Origin: Eledone cirrhosa
Lineage: Eukaryota
DNA length: 64,000 bases
Reading direction: 5' to 3'
Assembly: GCA_964016885.1 (NCBI GenBank)
Contig: OZ024743.1
Location: 268,336,001 to 268,400,000 of the forward strand
In this document: positions 28,829 to 42,284 of the stretch, one piece after another
How the letters are laid out: each line of letters starts with the position of its first letter
Position numbering within the stretch: position 1 is the first letter of the stretch
The notes under the pieces: model-generated
What the model was told of the DNA's origin: nothing
Database searches by the model: none
What the model saw: only the letters and a program-made list of their open reading frames with translations
Position numbers and translations under genes: made by a program

Positions 28829-30215
28829 GCGCGGTATAGGAATGGTATCCGGAGTCTACAAACTCAACCAATCAGAAGGCGGATACATCAACTACTAGAA
28901 CATAATATGAAAAGAGATTCAGAAATTCATGTCTGCTATCATCACAACTGGATGGTAATACATGACCAGCGACATATCCTCATAGAGAAGTGCGTCACTT
29001 CTATGCACCAACACACTTCTCCTTGTCCTCCCCCTCCTCTTTCATCCTTTTCTATGTTTTATCCGCCTGCCACACATCTTGTGGATTGTCTCCCTGTTCA
29101 CCAGTGGCCGCTGTTCTCTGTCCTTTGAGGATTTTTACCCATCGCTGTTTTTGACACCATTTAGCAGTTTTAACTGTACATTATATAGTTATAAATATGT
29201 GTGTATATACGTATTTATATAGTTATAAATATATGTGTATATATGTATTTCTTTATGTATGTTGTGTTTGTGTGTCGTTTTGTGTGTCTTCATTTTTGTA
29301 CATGTGCATTTGTGTGCTCACACACACATCAATGCTGATGGATATATCGATAAATAGATAGTTAGATAGATAATATGTATTTACTATTGGTAGGGGCCAT
29401 TTGAAAGTTAAGTATTTTGGCCGCACAACAATACTAGTGATAGGATACGAACTAGCAATTTATCGCTTGACTGCTTGTTATTCTATTGAGCCGGTTATTT
29501 ACGTTCTCTTGATGCTACTCCAATAATGACTAAATTAAAGAAAATTATGGAGGTAGAAAATAAGCAGCAAATTCAGCATTATCTATCACTCGATCTGAAT
29601 TTCTCTGCAGCGTACTACTTAATTGAAAGCAACTAGCGATGGCTTTCTCTGGTTATACCAAACTGTCTGAAACCCTCTGGTTCTATGTTACACTATGTTT
29701 GTTTTTAAGAGTTTATTTATATTTATCTAGATACATTTCATCATAATTTAATCTTCGTTAAGAATCTTTAAGTTCCAAACATTCGATAAATAATATAAAT
29801 ATTCGTTATCACAGTAAATCACTGAAAATCACTTTAATTTTAATATTTTTCACAAATATTAAGCAGTGTCTTTCATTGGAAATATGGTAACGCAAGGATT
29901 AAATAAGATAATATGTTATGTGTGTGTGTGTGCTACAATTAGATGGCTACTTAGATTCTATTGTAATATTTCTTTCGATTGTCATATGGTGTAATCGATT
30001 AACAAACTTTAAAGCAGGTAGTTCTGCGCTGGATGCAGTACAGAAGAAAGACCAGGCATTTTCAACCACATTTAAGGGCTATGAGACAGATTATCCAATG
30101 CTATTCTTATCCCATATATTTTTGTATATCGTTTGCTAAACATATATGGGGGAATAACTATACACATAAACCATATATATGTTTTTATACATATACAGAC
30201 GTGCGCGGGTGTGTT

Positions 30216-30260
<45 letters not shown>

Positions 30261-30262
<2 letters not shown>

Positions 30263-30770
30263 TAGCTGAATTACCCGCGCCTTGCTGCGTTTCACACATT
30301 TCTTTTGTAAGAAAAGAATGATTGATTTCAAATCAGTGATATAATTTATGGAGAAAAACTCTGCATTTCAATATTACTCAATGTAAAATGTAATGCATGA
30401 AAAATTGGAAAACTTTATTTTTTATAATATATCAAATCAAAATTACATTATTAAATCTTATTCTTATTTTGCTTCTTGTAAATAATCTTTTCAAAATATC
30501 AATTCTAAACGTTTGTGAATAGGCATCATATCTTGTCATTTATCTATGGTTTAAATTTCGTATAAATCGAAGGGAAACCATTTCAGCGGGCGTTTTCAGT
30601 GGTGGTTTTGTGGCTCCGGGGTACTCTTTGATTAAAATGACATATACTTATCCAAGTAGCATGGGCAATGTAGTTTCAGAATGTATATGGTTATGGAGGT
30701 CTATCTCTAAAACTATAGTAGTTCGTGAACAAACAAACAGACAGACAGGAATACGACTTTATATATATAA
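30261..30770 (-). mobile_element. Non-autonomous Helitron-like element
   Basis: Minus strand begins tatatatataaag...ctgtctgtctgtttgtttg and ends cgcagcaaggcgcgggtaattcagCTAGt (subterminal hairpin + CTAG). Confidence 0.7.
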
Positions 30771-31397
30771 ATATATACTACGTAAGGTATCAATACATAT
30801 TTAATATGTATGAAGATCGTGTTTCACTATAAATAAGCTCAATGGACCATGGTTCAGAGCAACAATAATTCAAATTTAAAATATTTATATAGAGAGAAAG
30901 AATCATGTATCGTTTGAGAAACACATAGTAGTTTTAACATATATATAACGCAAATAATATTCAGAAAATTATACATACTTGAAGGTAGTAAAAAGACATT
31001 ACTTTCCTTACAGCGGTGTTTCATAGACCAAAAGAACTAAGCAAAACCATCGATCTAAGTAATCAATTATCGATTACCAACTATCGATTTTAGGAAGGCA
31101 CGAATGGGCAGTCCTATTCATCAGAGGAATTGTCTTAATATATGACCGAACACTGAACCAATCACATTTAATTCTGTCGAGAGCAGAGTTTGTTTCAAAT
31201 CTCTACACCACATGCTGTCAAAAACGTATAACGGCCAGGACACATATAAACATGACTGGACTCTATACTTTATTAAGTTTTCTTATAGTATATATATATT
31301 CCTGAAAATGATTTGCTCTATATTTGTGTGTACAAAATATTGTTTTTTCTCAAACAATATATAATTCTTTCTCTCTATGTCTTTTAAATTTTAATGT

Positions 31398-31434
<37 letters not shown>

Positions 31435-31789
31435 TCTGTGTGTGCGTGTGTGGTGTATGTGTGTCTGAGTGTATGCATGTATATATGAATATATATGTAT
31501 ATATACACACACACACACACACAAATACACATACACACACACACACATATATATATATATATTTATATAAGTACTTTTGAACTACATATCTAAGCTAGAG
31601 AGACGAATACTTGAGCTGGTTTCTTCAATGGATTAACACCATACGACAAAAATGTTGTTAATTGTGTGCACCCATTATTTATTGTGCTCGGTTACTATAT
31701 TACAATATTTTAATAGCAACGCGCCTGAAACCACCTCTGGATCTATACGACAGAGTATTTTTATCTATTTCATCATAATTTTGAATAAT

Positions 31790-31944
31790 AATTGTTTCTA
31801 CTTTTGGCACAAGGCCAGCAATTACTCAGTGTGTTACTGGTACTTTATTTTATCAACCCCATAAGGATGAAAGGCAAAGTTAACTTCGGCAGGATTTGAA
31901 CTCAGAATGGCGTCCGACCCTCTACCGATACTGCCAATCCACCT
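31790..31944 (-). mobile_element. SINE with internal deletion and 14-bp TSD
   Basis: TSD tttgaataataatt at 31780-31793 and 31944-31957. Confidence 0.85.
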
Positions 31945-32661
31945 TTGAATAATAATTTTCCTTAAAAGCTTGTTAAATTGTTTCCGAAACAACTGATAAT
32001 AAATGAGAAAGTTATTTACATTACTAAATACTTCCACATCTTGCATTATTTTCAAACTTCTTTCCAAATTATAGAGAATGCTTTTTAATAGAAATATGGT
32101 AACGAAAATGTTAAAACACAAGTATTAGGAAATTTCAGTTTAAAATATATTTATCAATGAACTCAACTTAATCATAAACCTAATGTAGTTTTGGTAACGT
32201 AACATTAAACATCAGCCTATCGGTTAGGCGTTACAGTACGTAACCCTGTTTACTAAGTGTGACTAGTTAGTTCAACTGTGGCACTGCAGAGGTGGAGTAA
32301 GTAGTATGAGTGATTTATTATACTGTGTAGTTGTAATAAACTAGAACTGAATCTAGCTACGAAGTATTTATATGGACATGAGTATTTATATACGTGTGTA
32401 TGTGTGTATATGTGTGTGTGATGTTTTATCATCACATCACTCACTAAACCATCCACCCACTTATGTTATATATAATTTCAATTCATTCTATTGATGCAGT
32501 GTCTACTGTATACGTTCTCCTATGACATTTACTACAGGACACAAATACCACGCCTATTCCGTTCCTCTCATCCATTCCCACCGGTATAAAAAAATACAAC
32601 ATATATGGACGTCATTTCTCTTTCCAGCACTTCCTCTGTATATATATTATATATATATATG

Positions 32662-32767
<106 letters not shown>

Positions 32768-32921
32768 TTCTGTCTCTCCTGTCTCTCTCTAACTATCACT
32801 CTCACTTTTCCTCTATCTAGCCATTTCGTTCATCCTATTTTTCTTTCTTCATATTTTTGTCTTTTTTGTGTACATATATCCCTCATAATGTTTATTTCAC
32901 AAACATGTACGTCTCTCTCCG

Positions 32922-32995
<74 letters not shown>

Positions 32996-33068
32996 TAGCG
33001 AAGCAAGCGGTTATCAAACAATTCTCTAAATAAATTAAAAAACGATTTAAATAATCACCTGTTCTGTT

Positions 33069-33149
33069 GCTGTTACCGAAGGTTTCATCATTCCAAAAGA
33101 TTGGAAATCCAGAGAATTTCCAATGGAAAGAAATGAATCTTCAGACAGT
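33069..33149 (-). ncRNA. Type I hammerhead (family A, tandem unit 1)
   Basis: Minus strand: ctgt CTGAAGA t-tcatt...aatga-t GAAA ccttcgg TA acag. Confidence 0.7.
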
Positions 33150-33536
33150 CTATTTCCACATTATAAGGTTGCAAGCCCTACAGTAAGTAAATATTTCGCT
33201 TCCTGCCCAACGCATGCGGTCAACCCGTTAAAATGACACACACGCAAAATCAGGTGGCTGATAATAGCTGTTTATTATAAACATGTTGATATTGCCACTA
33301 AAATTAGCAGCATTATTCAACGTTTTGTTCTCTACATAAGGAGAAAAATTATAAAAGTGGATGAATACATCAACAGGTACTATGTACTTGTAGAAATATG
33401 CAAGTTGTTTATAATATTTGTGGTTCTATGATACTAATTCGAGCCTCCAGAACATATAAAAAGTAGTGAAGCAAGCCGTTATCAAACAATTCTCAAAATA
33501 AATTAAAAAACGATTTAAATAATCACCTGTTCTGTT

Positions 33537-33617
33537 GCTGTTACCGACGGTTTCATCATTCCAAAAGATTGGAAATCCAGAGAATTTCCAATGGGAAGAA
33601 ATGAATCTTCAGACAGC
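33537..33617 (-). ncRNA. Type I hammerhead (family A, tandem unit 2)
   Basis: Minus strand: gctgt CTGAAGA t-tcatt...aatga-t GAAA ccgtcgg TA acagc. Confidence 0.8.
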
Positions 33618-33890
33618 CTATTTCCACATTATAAGGTTGCAAGCCCTACAATAAGTAAATATTTCGCTTCCTGCCCAACGCATGCGGTCAAGCCGTTAAA
33701 ATGACACACACGCAAAATCAGGTGGCTGATAATAGCTGTTTATTATAAACATGTTGATATTGCCACTAAAATTAGCAGCATTATTCAACGTTTTGTTCTC
33801 TACATAAGGAGAAAAATTATAGAACCACAAATATTATAAACAACTTGCGTATTTCTACAAGTACATAGTACCTGTTGAGGTATTCATCCA

Positions 33891-33934
<44 letters not shown>

Positions 33935-33988
33935 CATCCGAAAGTATGATGAATTCCATAAGAGAGCCGATGAGGCGGGAACTGTTCG

Positions 33989-34048
33989 TATCTCTGTCTT
34001 TTCCGAGTTTTCTAACCTTCAATATTTTTCAAAGGTTATTTATCTTAT

Positions 34049-34126
<78 letters not shown>

Positions 34127-34204
34127 TATATATATATATGTGTGTATGTATATAAGATAAATAACCTTTGAAAAATATTGAAGGTTAGAAAACTCGGAAA
34201 AGAC

Positions 34205-34209
<5 letters not shown>
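33989..34209. repeat. Inverted repeat enclosing a (TA)n run
   Basis: 33989-34057 is the reverse complement of 34144-34209. Confidence 0.85.
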
Positions 34210-34270
<61 letters not shown>

Positions 34271-34611
34271 GTGTGTGTGTGAGAGAGTATGTGTATATAT
34301 ATATATATATATATATGGATTTTATCAAACCATCTTGCATGGGATTTACCTCTGAGTCTCCTACAGGTTGCTTTTGCGTATAAAATCTCTCCACCAATTC
34401 TTATCTCAGTCATTCTAACCAAATGCATGAACTTACAAAGATATTGCAACCTAATCCTGATGAAAATGCAAAAAAAAGAAACATTGGAAGCTACCACTAC
34501 CAGTCTCGTACTGAGGTTCATTCAATCGACTTTCACTTTTCCCACAAATTACTGGCCTTGTGCCTATATAAGAAACCATAATTAATACAATACACAACCA
34601 ACAAGATGACG

Positions 34612-34691
<80 letters not shown>

Positions 34692-34936
34692 ATATAATTA
34701 ATTTGAAGACTAAAATCCATAGTGGGCTCGATAAGGATATCAAATATATATCAAATATATATTGATTTTTTTTAGTTTCAGAAGATCCCGTTAAGGGTAA
34801 AGCAGCGATTCTTTGCTTAAACTTTATTCTGTTTTTTTTCAATAAATATATATATATATATATAAAAATATATATATATATATAAGATATATATATATAT
34901 ATATATAAGATATATATATATATATATATATATATA

Positions 34937-35042
<106 letters not shown>

Positions 35043-35074
35043 GAGAGAGAGAGAGTGAGAGAGAAATAGATAGA

Positions 35075-35275
35075 TAACGAAGGAAGTGTGGTAAGGAACC
35101 AGATGGACCATAACGCACCAGTGTACTCAATACTTAGGGTAGTAGAGTTGGCAATAGGAAAATGTTCAAGACTCCGATGGCAGAGTTCAAGGCCTTTCTA
35201 CGACTATTTCTGGACTAGTCCAGAAATACTTGTCGAAAACGGCTTTAGCTCTGCCGTCGGGGCCTTGTACATTTT

Positions 35276-35280
<5 letters not shown>
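35075..35280 (-). mobile_element. Short family B fold-back copy
   Basis: Family B 3' terminus at left; palindrome centre tctggact|agtccaga at 35216/35217. Confidence 0.85.
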
Positions 35281-35322
<42 letters not shown>

Positions 35323-35601
35323 TTTACTCTTTTATCCGTTCCAGCCGTCCGGCTGAAGCCATGCTGGTATATAATAAATTAACGGGACTAGCATGGGTTT
35401 CACTACTAGTACCGGTTGCAATTATATATATATATATATATATCCAACGCCCTTAATGTCGATTAAATCAACCCCAGTGCATTACTGGTACAATAATTTA
35501 TCGACCCTGTGAGGATGAAAGGGAAATCTAACCTCGGAAGGATTTGAACTGGTCTCTGTCCACGTACCCATTTATGCCCATCACTATCGTTGACAATATT
35601 T

Positions 35602-35736
35602 GTCTGTTTTAACAGCCGTTCTAACGATGAGTTTTCTTATTTTCCTACGAATTCATATATACACACGTTTCGTCACGATCAGAGATAACAATGCTTACTC
35701 ACACGCACACATATACATATATATATATATGTGTAC

Positions 35737-35775
<39 letters not shown>

Positions 35776-35801
35776 CCTCTTCCTTATATATATATATATA
35801 T

Positions 35802-35837
<36 letters not shown>

Positions 35838-35964
35838 CAATGCTTACTCTCACACACACACAGACACACACATATATATATATATATGTACATATATATA
35901 TGTGTGTGTGTGAGTAAGCATTGTATATATATATATGTGTGCGCATATATATGTACACACACAC

Positions 35965-36026
<62 letters not shown>

Positions 36027-36123
36027 TAGTAAGCATTGTTATCTCTGATTGTGACGAAGCGGGTGTATATATGAATTCATAGGAAAATTAAAAAAACTGA
36101 TCGTTAGAACAGCTGTTAAAACA

Positions 36124-36126
<3 letters not shown>
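35602..36126. repeat. Inverted repeat (~100-bp arms) enclosing microsatellites
   Basis: 35602-35700 is the reverse complement of 36028-36126. Confidence 0.8.
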
Positions 36127-36204
<78 letters not shown>

Positions 36205-36207
<3 letters not shown>

Positions 36208-36613
36208 TTAGTGAAAATAGAGCCACCGTTGTATTTTGACTATGTAAATTAGCCTAATAATTTTGGTGGCACTATTTTCACTATCTAATTTCAAATTCTC
36301 CGCGGTTTGTAAACAAAAGCTGTAAAGGCTTTGTATCTTATATAGATATATTCATAAACTATGATTATATAGCTTCAAATTTAATTGAAATGCCTGTGAG
36401 TGGCGTATTAGTGTAATGGTAACACAATGGCTGTGGTATCCAGAGATGTGTATTCGTGTCCCATGTACGCTAATACTCATTCATTTGTCCATTTCTCTGG
36501 GCTTTTATAACTCCAAATTATTAGGCTAATTTAGTTAGTCAAAAATACAACGATGGTACTACTTTCACTATCTAATTTCAAATTCTCCGCTGTTTGTAAA
36601 CAAAAGCTGTAAA
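36205..36613 (+). mobile_element. Family D element: inverted head + direct repeats flanking a tRNA-like sequence
   Basis: 36270-36326 is repeated at 36558-36613; 36208-36262 is inverted at ~36512-36572; begins at a (TA)n run. Confidence 0.7.
36402..36472 (+). pseudogene. tRNA-like sequence (degenerate; identity uncertain)
   Basis: Acceptor ggcgtat/gtacgct, D arm gtgt-aatggta-acac, anticodon arm tgg..cca, T-loop-like ttcgtgt; 71 nt; T and anticodon stems mismatched. Confidence 0.55.
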
Positions 36614-36829
36614 TCAGTATATTTTTAATCCGTCACCTTCCTGGTGGTAAGGTTATATAGATTCGAGAAGAACATTTTCGTCGTTTCTTTTGTAAGTGTT
36701 CGTCTTTTGAAACGTAAGAATGTTTTATAAATCTTAAAATTCCAAATAACGCGACTATTTGTAGCTTAAGAATAAAGGAAATATATACTTTATCCACAAA
36801 CCAATGTTGAATTATACTTTTGTTTATAT

Positions 36830-37455
36830 GAAGTAGCTCCAATACATATGCTGATATGATGCTGAACATGTATCTTTGATATTAGATTTGGAATCTCGTA
36901 ATCATTGGTCCGTAATTTTCGCCCTTCTCTTGTATTTTTCTTAACACATTAACAATAAATGGACAGCTGACATCCATAACAAAGCATGCTTTTAATGTAG
37001 AGTTTCAACAAACAATATCAAGGCGATTGTGCTTCAATTTGGTGGGGATTTATTTTTAGTTTCCACCAGTATTTCGTTGAGCCGTCAGTCTCAACATATT
37101 CCTCCCTATTTGATTTGATTTTCGACTTCTTTAATACATTACAGATCGTTCTAGTTAACGTGTCATGCCTCATGGTGAGGTACTAAAGAAACGACATTAC
37201 TTCACAGTTGGCAATAGTGTGACTAACATTTTCGGTCTTTGATTTGCACGGCTTACATTTACTTTTAACTGATGTCCTTCCAATTTTGTGCAATAATTAT
37301 TAGCGGTCGATTCTTGTTACTGGATTTCATTGGGGTATCTTTCTAGGAGGGATGCTATGAAGTTGTTGAGACTCCATGTGAGCCTTTTCATATCTTTTAT
37401 CCACTCTAGGGTCTGTGGTTTTAGTGACAGCTACCCATATACAGCCATATCAGTG
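36830..37455 (-). pseudogene. Decayed C-terminus of an RLE-class (R2/R4/NeSL-type) non-LTR retrotransposon
   Basis: Manual translation: IQ*QE, CKPCKSKTENVSHTIANC (CCHC), YLTMRHD, KYWW, KLKHNRLDIV (HNRPD-like), FVMDVSCPF..NV..KIQEK..NYGP; with stops and a frameshift. Confidence 0.85.
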
Positions 37456-37999
37456 AATCGTATGCTTGTATGTATATATATCTATGTATGTGGCATTGTT
37501 CTAACACGAGTGTGCATACATGTATGTGTGTACGTAAGTGTGCATTCATGTATGTATGTATTTATGTATGTATGTATGCATGCATGAAGGTATGTAGGTA
37601 GGTACGTAAGTATGTGTGTGTGTATCTATGTATCTGTGTAAATGTTGTGTCTGTATATTTTACATTACACATCTTTTTATTAAATTACAGAATAAACTAC
37701 AGAGATTTACTAAAATAATTAATTATTTCATTTCCAGCGTTCTTTTTACATAAGATACCTGTAAAATAAAACGTAAAATAAGAACCAGTCTTGACAGAGT
37801 TGGTATTAAAAGAATTATGATATTTTTTACAGAATAAATTCTAAAATTAAGTTTAAAGATACTTTCTTATACGACCCGGAATATTTATGCGTTTGACACA
37901 CTATTTATAAGCATACTCTCGCTCTATATCTCTCTCACACCCACTCTCTCTCTCTCTCACTCTGTCTCTTACTCTCTCTCTCTCTCTGTCTATCTCTCC

Positions 38000-38059
<60 letters not shown>

Positions 38060-38075
38060 CTCTCTCTCTCTTACT

Positions 38076-38131
<56 letters not shown>

Positions 38132-38221
38132 TAGACATGCATGCATATACGCGTGTATGTTCATATGTATTCATCTGTATGTATGGATATATTTGTTTAA
38201 TTGTTTTACTTGTGTCTATAA

Positions 38222-38259
<38 letters not shown>

Positions 38260-38426
38260 ACGTGCCTATCAGTCAGAAAGAGACAGAAAAATGATGAAAG
38301 AGTGAAGGAAAAAGGGAGAGAATATGAGACAGAGACTATAATATTTTCTGCTTGGTTTACTTTGCGGGTGCAATCATTTTATTCATAGGTAATGTGCGGT
38401 TGTTTGAGGAGATAGGAAACAGACAG

Positions 38427-38556
<130 letters not shown>

Positions 38557-38765
38557 TTATATATGTTTGTACATATATACACACACAGATATATATATAT
38601 GCATACACACACATATACATATATGTATATGTATGTGTATATCCAAGTGCAAACAGTCGGTAAGAGGGTGTGAGAGAATGAGAAACAAAGTAAGAGTGGG
38701 GCTAATACATTTGTGTATGTAAATGTATATATATATATATATATATATATTTGTGTATGTTAAAG

Positions 38766-38815
<50 letters not shown>

Positions 38816-39229
38816 CGTGTGGGTGTGCGTACAGAGGGGAAGAGTGAGGAGATAGTTATATAGTCGGAAAGCTGAATAAAGACAATGAGAGGCAGAAGAG
38901 ATTTATGAGGGATATATATAATAAAAGAGCTATCAAGTAAATGAAGTGGTTTGTCGTCGGTTGGAGTAGAGAGGTGGATTATTGGTTAACGTTGGCGTTA
39001 TGGTTGTGAAGGTATACCGAAGACTGTGCATTGTGTGTTATTTGGTGGAGTGATGCGGAACGAAAGTCAATTTTGCAACGAAAATGAAGTCTCCTTGCGG
39101 GGGAGAAACGATGGAAAAATGATGGGATAAAGTTATAAATAAAAGATAGTTTATATATGTATATATATACACGTATGTATGTGTGTGTATAACACACACA
39201 CACACTAACGCACACACACACACACACAA

Positions 39230-39260
<31 letters not shown>

Positions 39261-39330
39261 TGTAAATATATGTGTGTGTATATATATATGTATATATATA
39301 TGTATATATATATATGTATATGTATATATA

Positions 39331-39365
<35 letters not shown>

Positions 39366-39468
39366 GTATATATATATGTGTATATATATATATACACACA
39401 TATACATATATATATATACACACATATACATATATATATATATACACACACCACACACACATATATAT

Positions 39469-39522
<54 letters not shown>

Positions 39523-39557
39523 ATGTGTGTGTGTGTTTGTCTGTGTACATACATACA

Positions 39558-39595
<38 letters not shown>

Positions 39596-39891
39596 ATATA
39601 CTTGTGTGTATGTATGCCTGCCATTGCGTGGGTGCACGTGTGTGTGCAGATCAGTGTGTATCTGTCTATACATTTACGCACCTATGTATTTCAAGTAAAG
39701 CAAATAAAAAAGGTGATTTGCGACAAAGTTCCTGCTGAAGGACACAATACCGATGTATCCACGTTTGTCGAACTATGTTTACATGAATGATTTCAAGAGA
39801 CATTAATACAATTGGGTGCATATCTGCTTGTGTTTATAAGCAGTGAGTATGTCTGTGTGTGCGTGTGTTCACATAGATGGGAATACATCAT

Positions 39892-39933
<42 letters not shown>

Positions 39934-39986
39934 ATGTGTTTGTGTGTGTGTGTATATATATACGTGTGTGTGTGTGCGCGTGTGTG

Positions 39987-40087
<101 letters not shown>

Positions 40088-40651
40088 GTGTGTGTGTGTA
40101 CATACATACATACATACATACATACATACATACATACATACATACATACATACATACATACATAGTGGCTGCCAACTCGTTTTCGAGTACGGCCACTACT
40201 TTATATCCATGTAGGAGAACCCCTACCGATGCGCTGAACGAGTGTGATATTTTGGTCCAGCCAGCGACTTGAAAACTCTGGTACAAACACTACACTTGTG
40301 ACAATTATTGACGCATAGTGCTGGGCCCATGGTACCATGTAGCGACAAGTGCAGAGAGATCTCCAGATATAAAGCAATGCCTGTTCCGTGAAGCTTTTAT
40401 AGTGAGCAAAGGCACTGCACAAAGCCAGTCCCACTCTCTTAACCAAGATGATATTTACCAAAAAGAAGAACAAATCAACATCATTGGATACCATCAGAGT
40501 TGCAGGTGTTATATCAGAGTTTTCCTTCTCCTAGAATTCTGCCTACACACACATATACATACATACATACATACATATTTATATATATATATATATACAT
40601 GTGTGTGTGTGTACATACATACATACATACATACATACATACATACATACA

Positions 40652-40684
<33 letters not shown>

Positions 40685-40686
40685 TC

Positions 40687-40721
<35 letters not shown>

Positions 40722-40968
40722 AATGTAATCTGAGTTTTTCGAATATTAATAATAACATTCGATTCGTTTGCAATTATGCAAACAAGCCTCAATTTTATAG
40801 CCAAGTTAGTAGAATGAACACTTCGTTCTTGCTCTTGTGTTGGCATGCGAACAGAACTGCAGACACTTAAGTTTCTGGGTATCACCTTTCATCAGTACAG
40901 CTCACTGTTCACCTGCCAAACTGTCAGAACTAGTGAAAATATATGCTATTTTCAAAAATACACAGTGA

Positions 40969-41075
40969 GTGATCGGCCTGATTTGCATATTAACTGACTG
41001 GCTGATCAGTCAGATCTGCATATTAGCAGATCCACTGATCAGCCAGATTTGCATATCAGCAGACTGGCCAGTCAG
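40969..41075. repeat. ~33-bp tandem repeat (x3) with ATTTGCAT octamers
   Basis: tgatc.g.c.gat(t/c)tgcatat.agc.ga repeated three times. Confidence 0.7.
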
Positions 41076-41409
41076 TTTCCTCTATACGAGCGAGAAATGG
41101 CCGGCTTTGCCAAGTTCTTTTTTATTATATGTATATATCTACTTGCTTTTACCTCTGAATCAATTTTGGAATCAATATCGAGCTGCGTACATAAACGCAT
41201 ATGTACGTTACAATACTGTAAACAGATAATCATGAAAATGAGTCACATGCCTCATAGGTTTTTATTCCTCTTAAGTTACAATGTTTTTTACAATCCTAGA
41301 TATAACAAATATAATTAATTGTTGTTATATTTTTAAAGTATATTTTAGATGTACTACCTGAAAATTCAAACAGATATAATGGTTTATTTGACCTCTAATT
41401 ATAATATTA

Positions 41410-41575
41410 GAGGGTCGGACGCTATGCTTTGCAGCATAGTTACGTCCCTTTACGAACTGAGTTCAAATCCCTCCGAGGTTAACTTTGCCTTTCATCCTTA
41501 CGGGGTCGATAAAATAAAGTACCAGTAATGCACTGAGTAATTGCTGGCCTTGTGCCAAAAGTAGAAACAATTATA
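41410..41575 (+). mobile_element. 5'-truncated SINE with 13-bp TSD
   Basis: TSD aattataatatta at 41397-41409 and 41569-41581. Confidence 0.9.
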
Positions 41576-42284
41576 ATATTATAATGTTGGTCTCATGCCC
41601 TTCAGTCATTGTGGATTTTCTATTCTTCTAAAACCGAAACAGCCTGAGTTTGCAAATAGCTGAGCATATAATAGACACCTACGTCCTTAACGTATTTTTC
41701 AGAAAGATTGACCATCTCACACTGTAAGCCAAAGGTAGGTATTTGAGTTTGAGTAACAAGTCATTTTTCCAGATGGTGCAACGTAACAGAAGGGACACAA
41801 CCTGTAATTAGGCAACAATAGCACGATTTTGTGATTCTAACCTAGAATCCGCCTGCCTTCACAGGAACGTGATTATATACAGTATAATATATCAAGTCAT
41901 GCACTCAAGGTCCTAACCACCATATAATATAAGTTTACATATAATTTAATTCCCAGCTTCAGTTGTTTCAGAGACTGGTACGTAGTGTGTTTGACAGCTA
42001 AATATGCTTGTTATCATTTCGCAGTATTTGATATCGGTGCAAATATTTTAATTAAACTATTTGAACTACGCAGCCTATTGTCTAATGAGGTTTAAAGCTA
42101 AACTAGATTGGTAAGCTGTAAGACACTGTACGTCCATATCAATTAAGGGATGAGTGAGAGAGAGGGGCAGATAGACAAAGTTTGCAAATGAATTTACGTA
42201 AACGTGCGAGGCTTAGTGCTTATCGTGTTCGATTCTAGATGGTAAGAACATAAGTTCTATTTGAAGTTGCGTGTTTTGTATTAA

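Larger units (their letters stand above)
32996..33893 (-). mobile_element. Family A subfamily: ~1.8 tandem 468-bp units plus inverted tail, between (TA)n runs
   Basis: gttctgttgc at 33061 and 33529 (period 468); 33821-33893 is the reverse complement of ~33352-33427. Confidence 0.9.

Noticed and set aside
31077-31130. Minus-strand CTGATGA...tcct AAAA tcga TA
   Set aside because: G12 is missing and there is no stem I.
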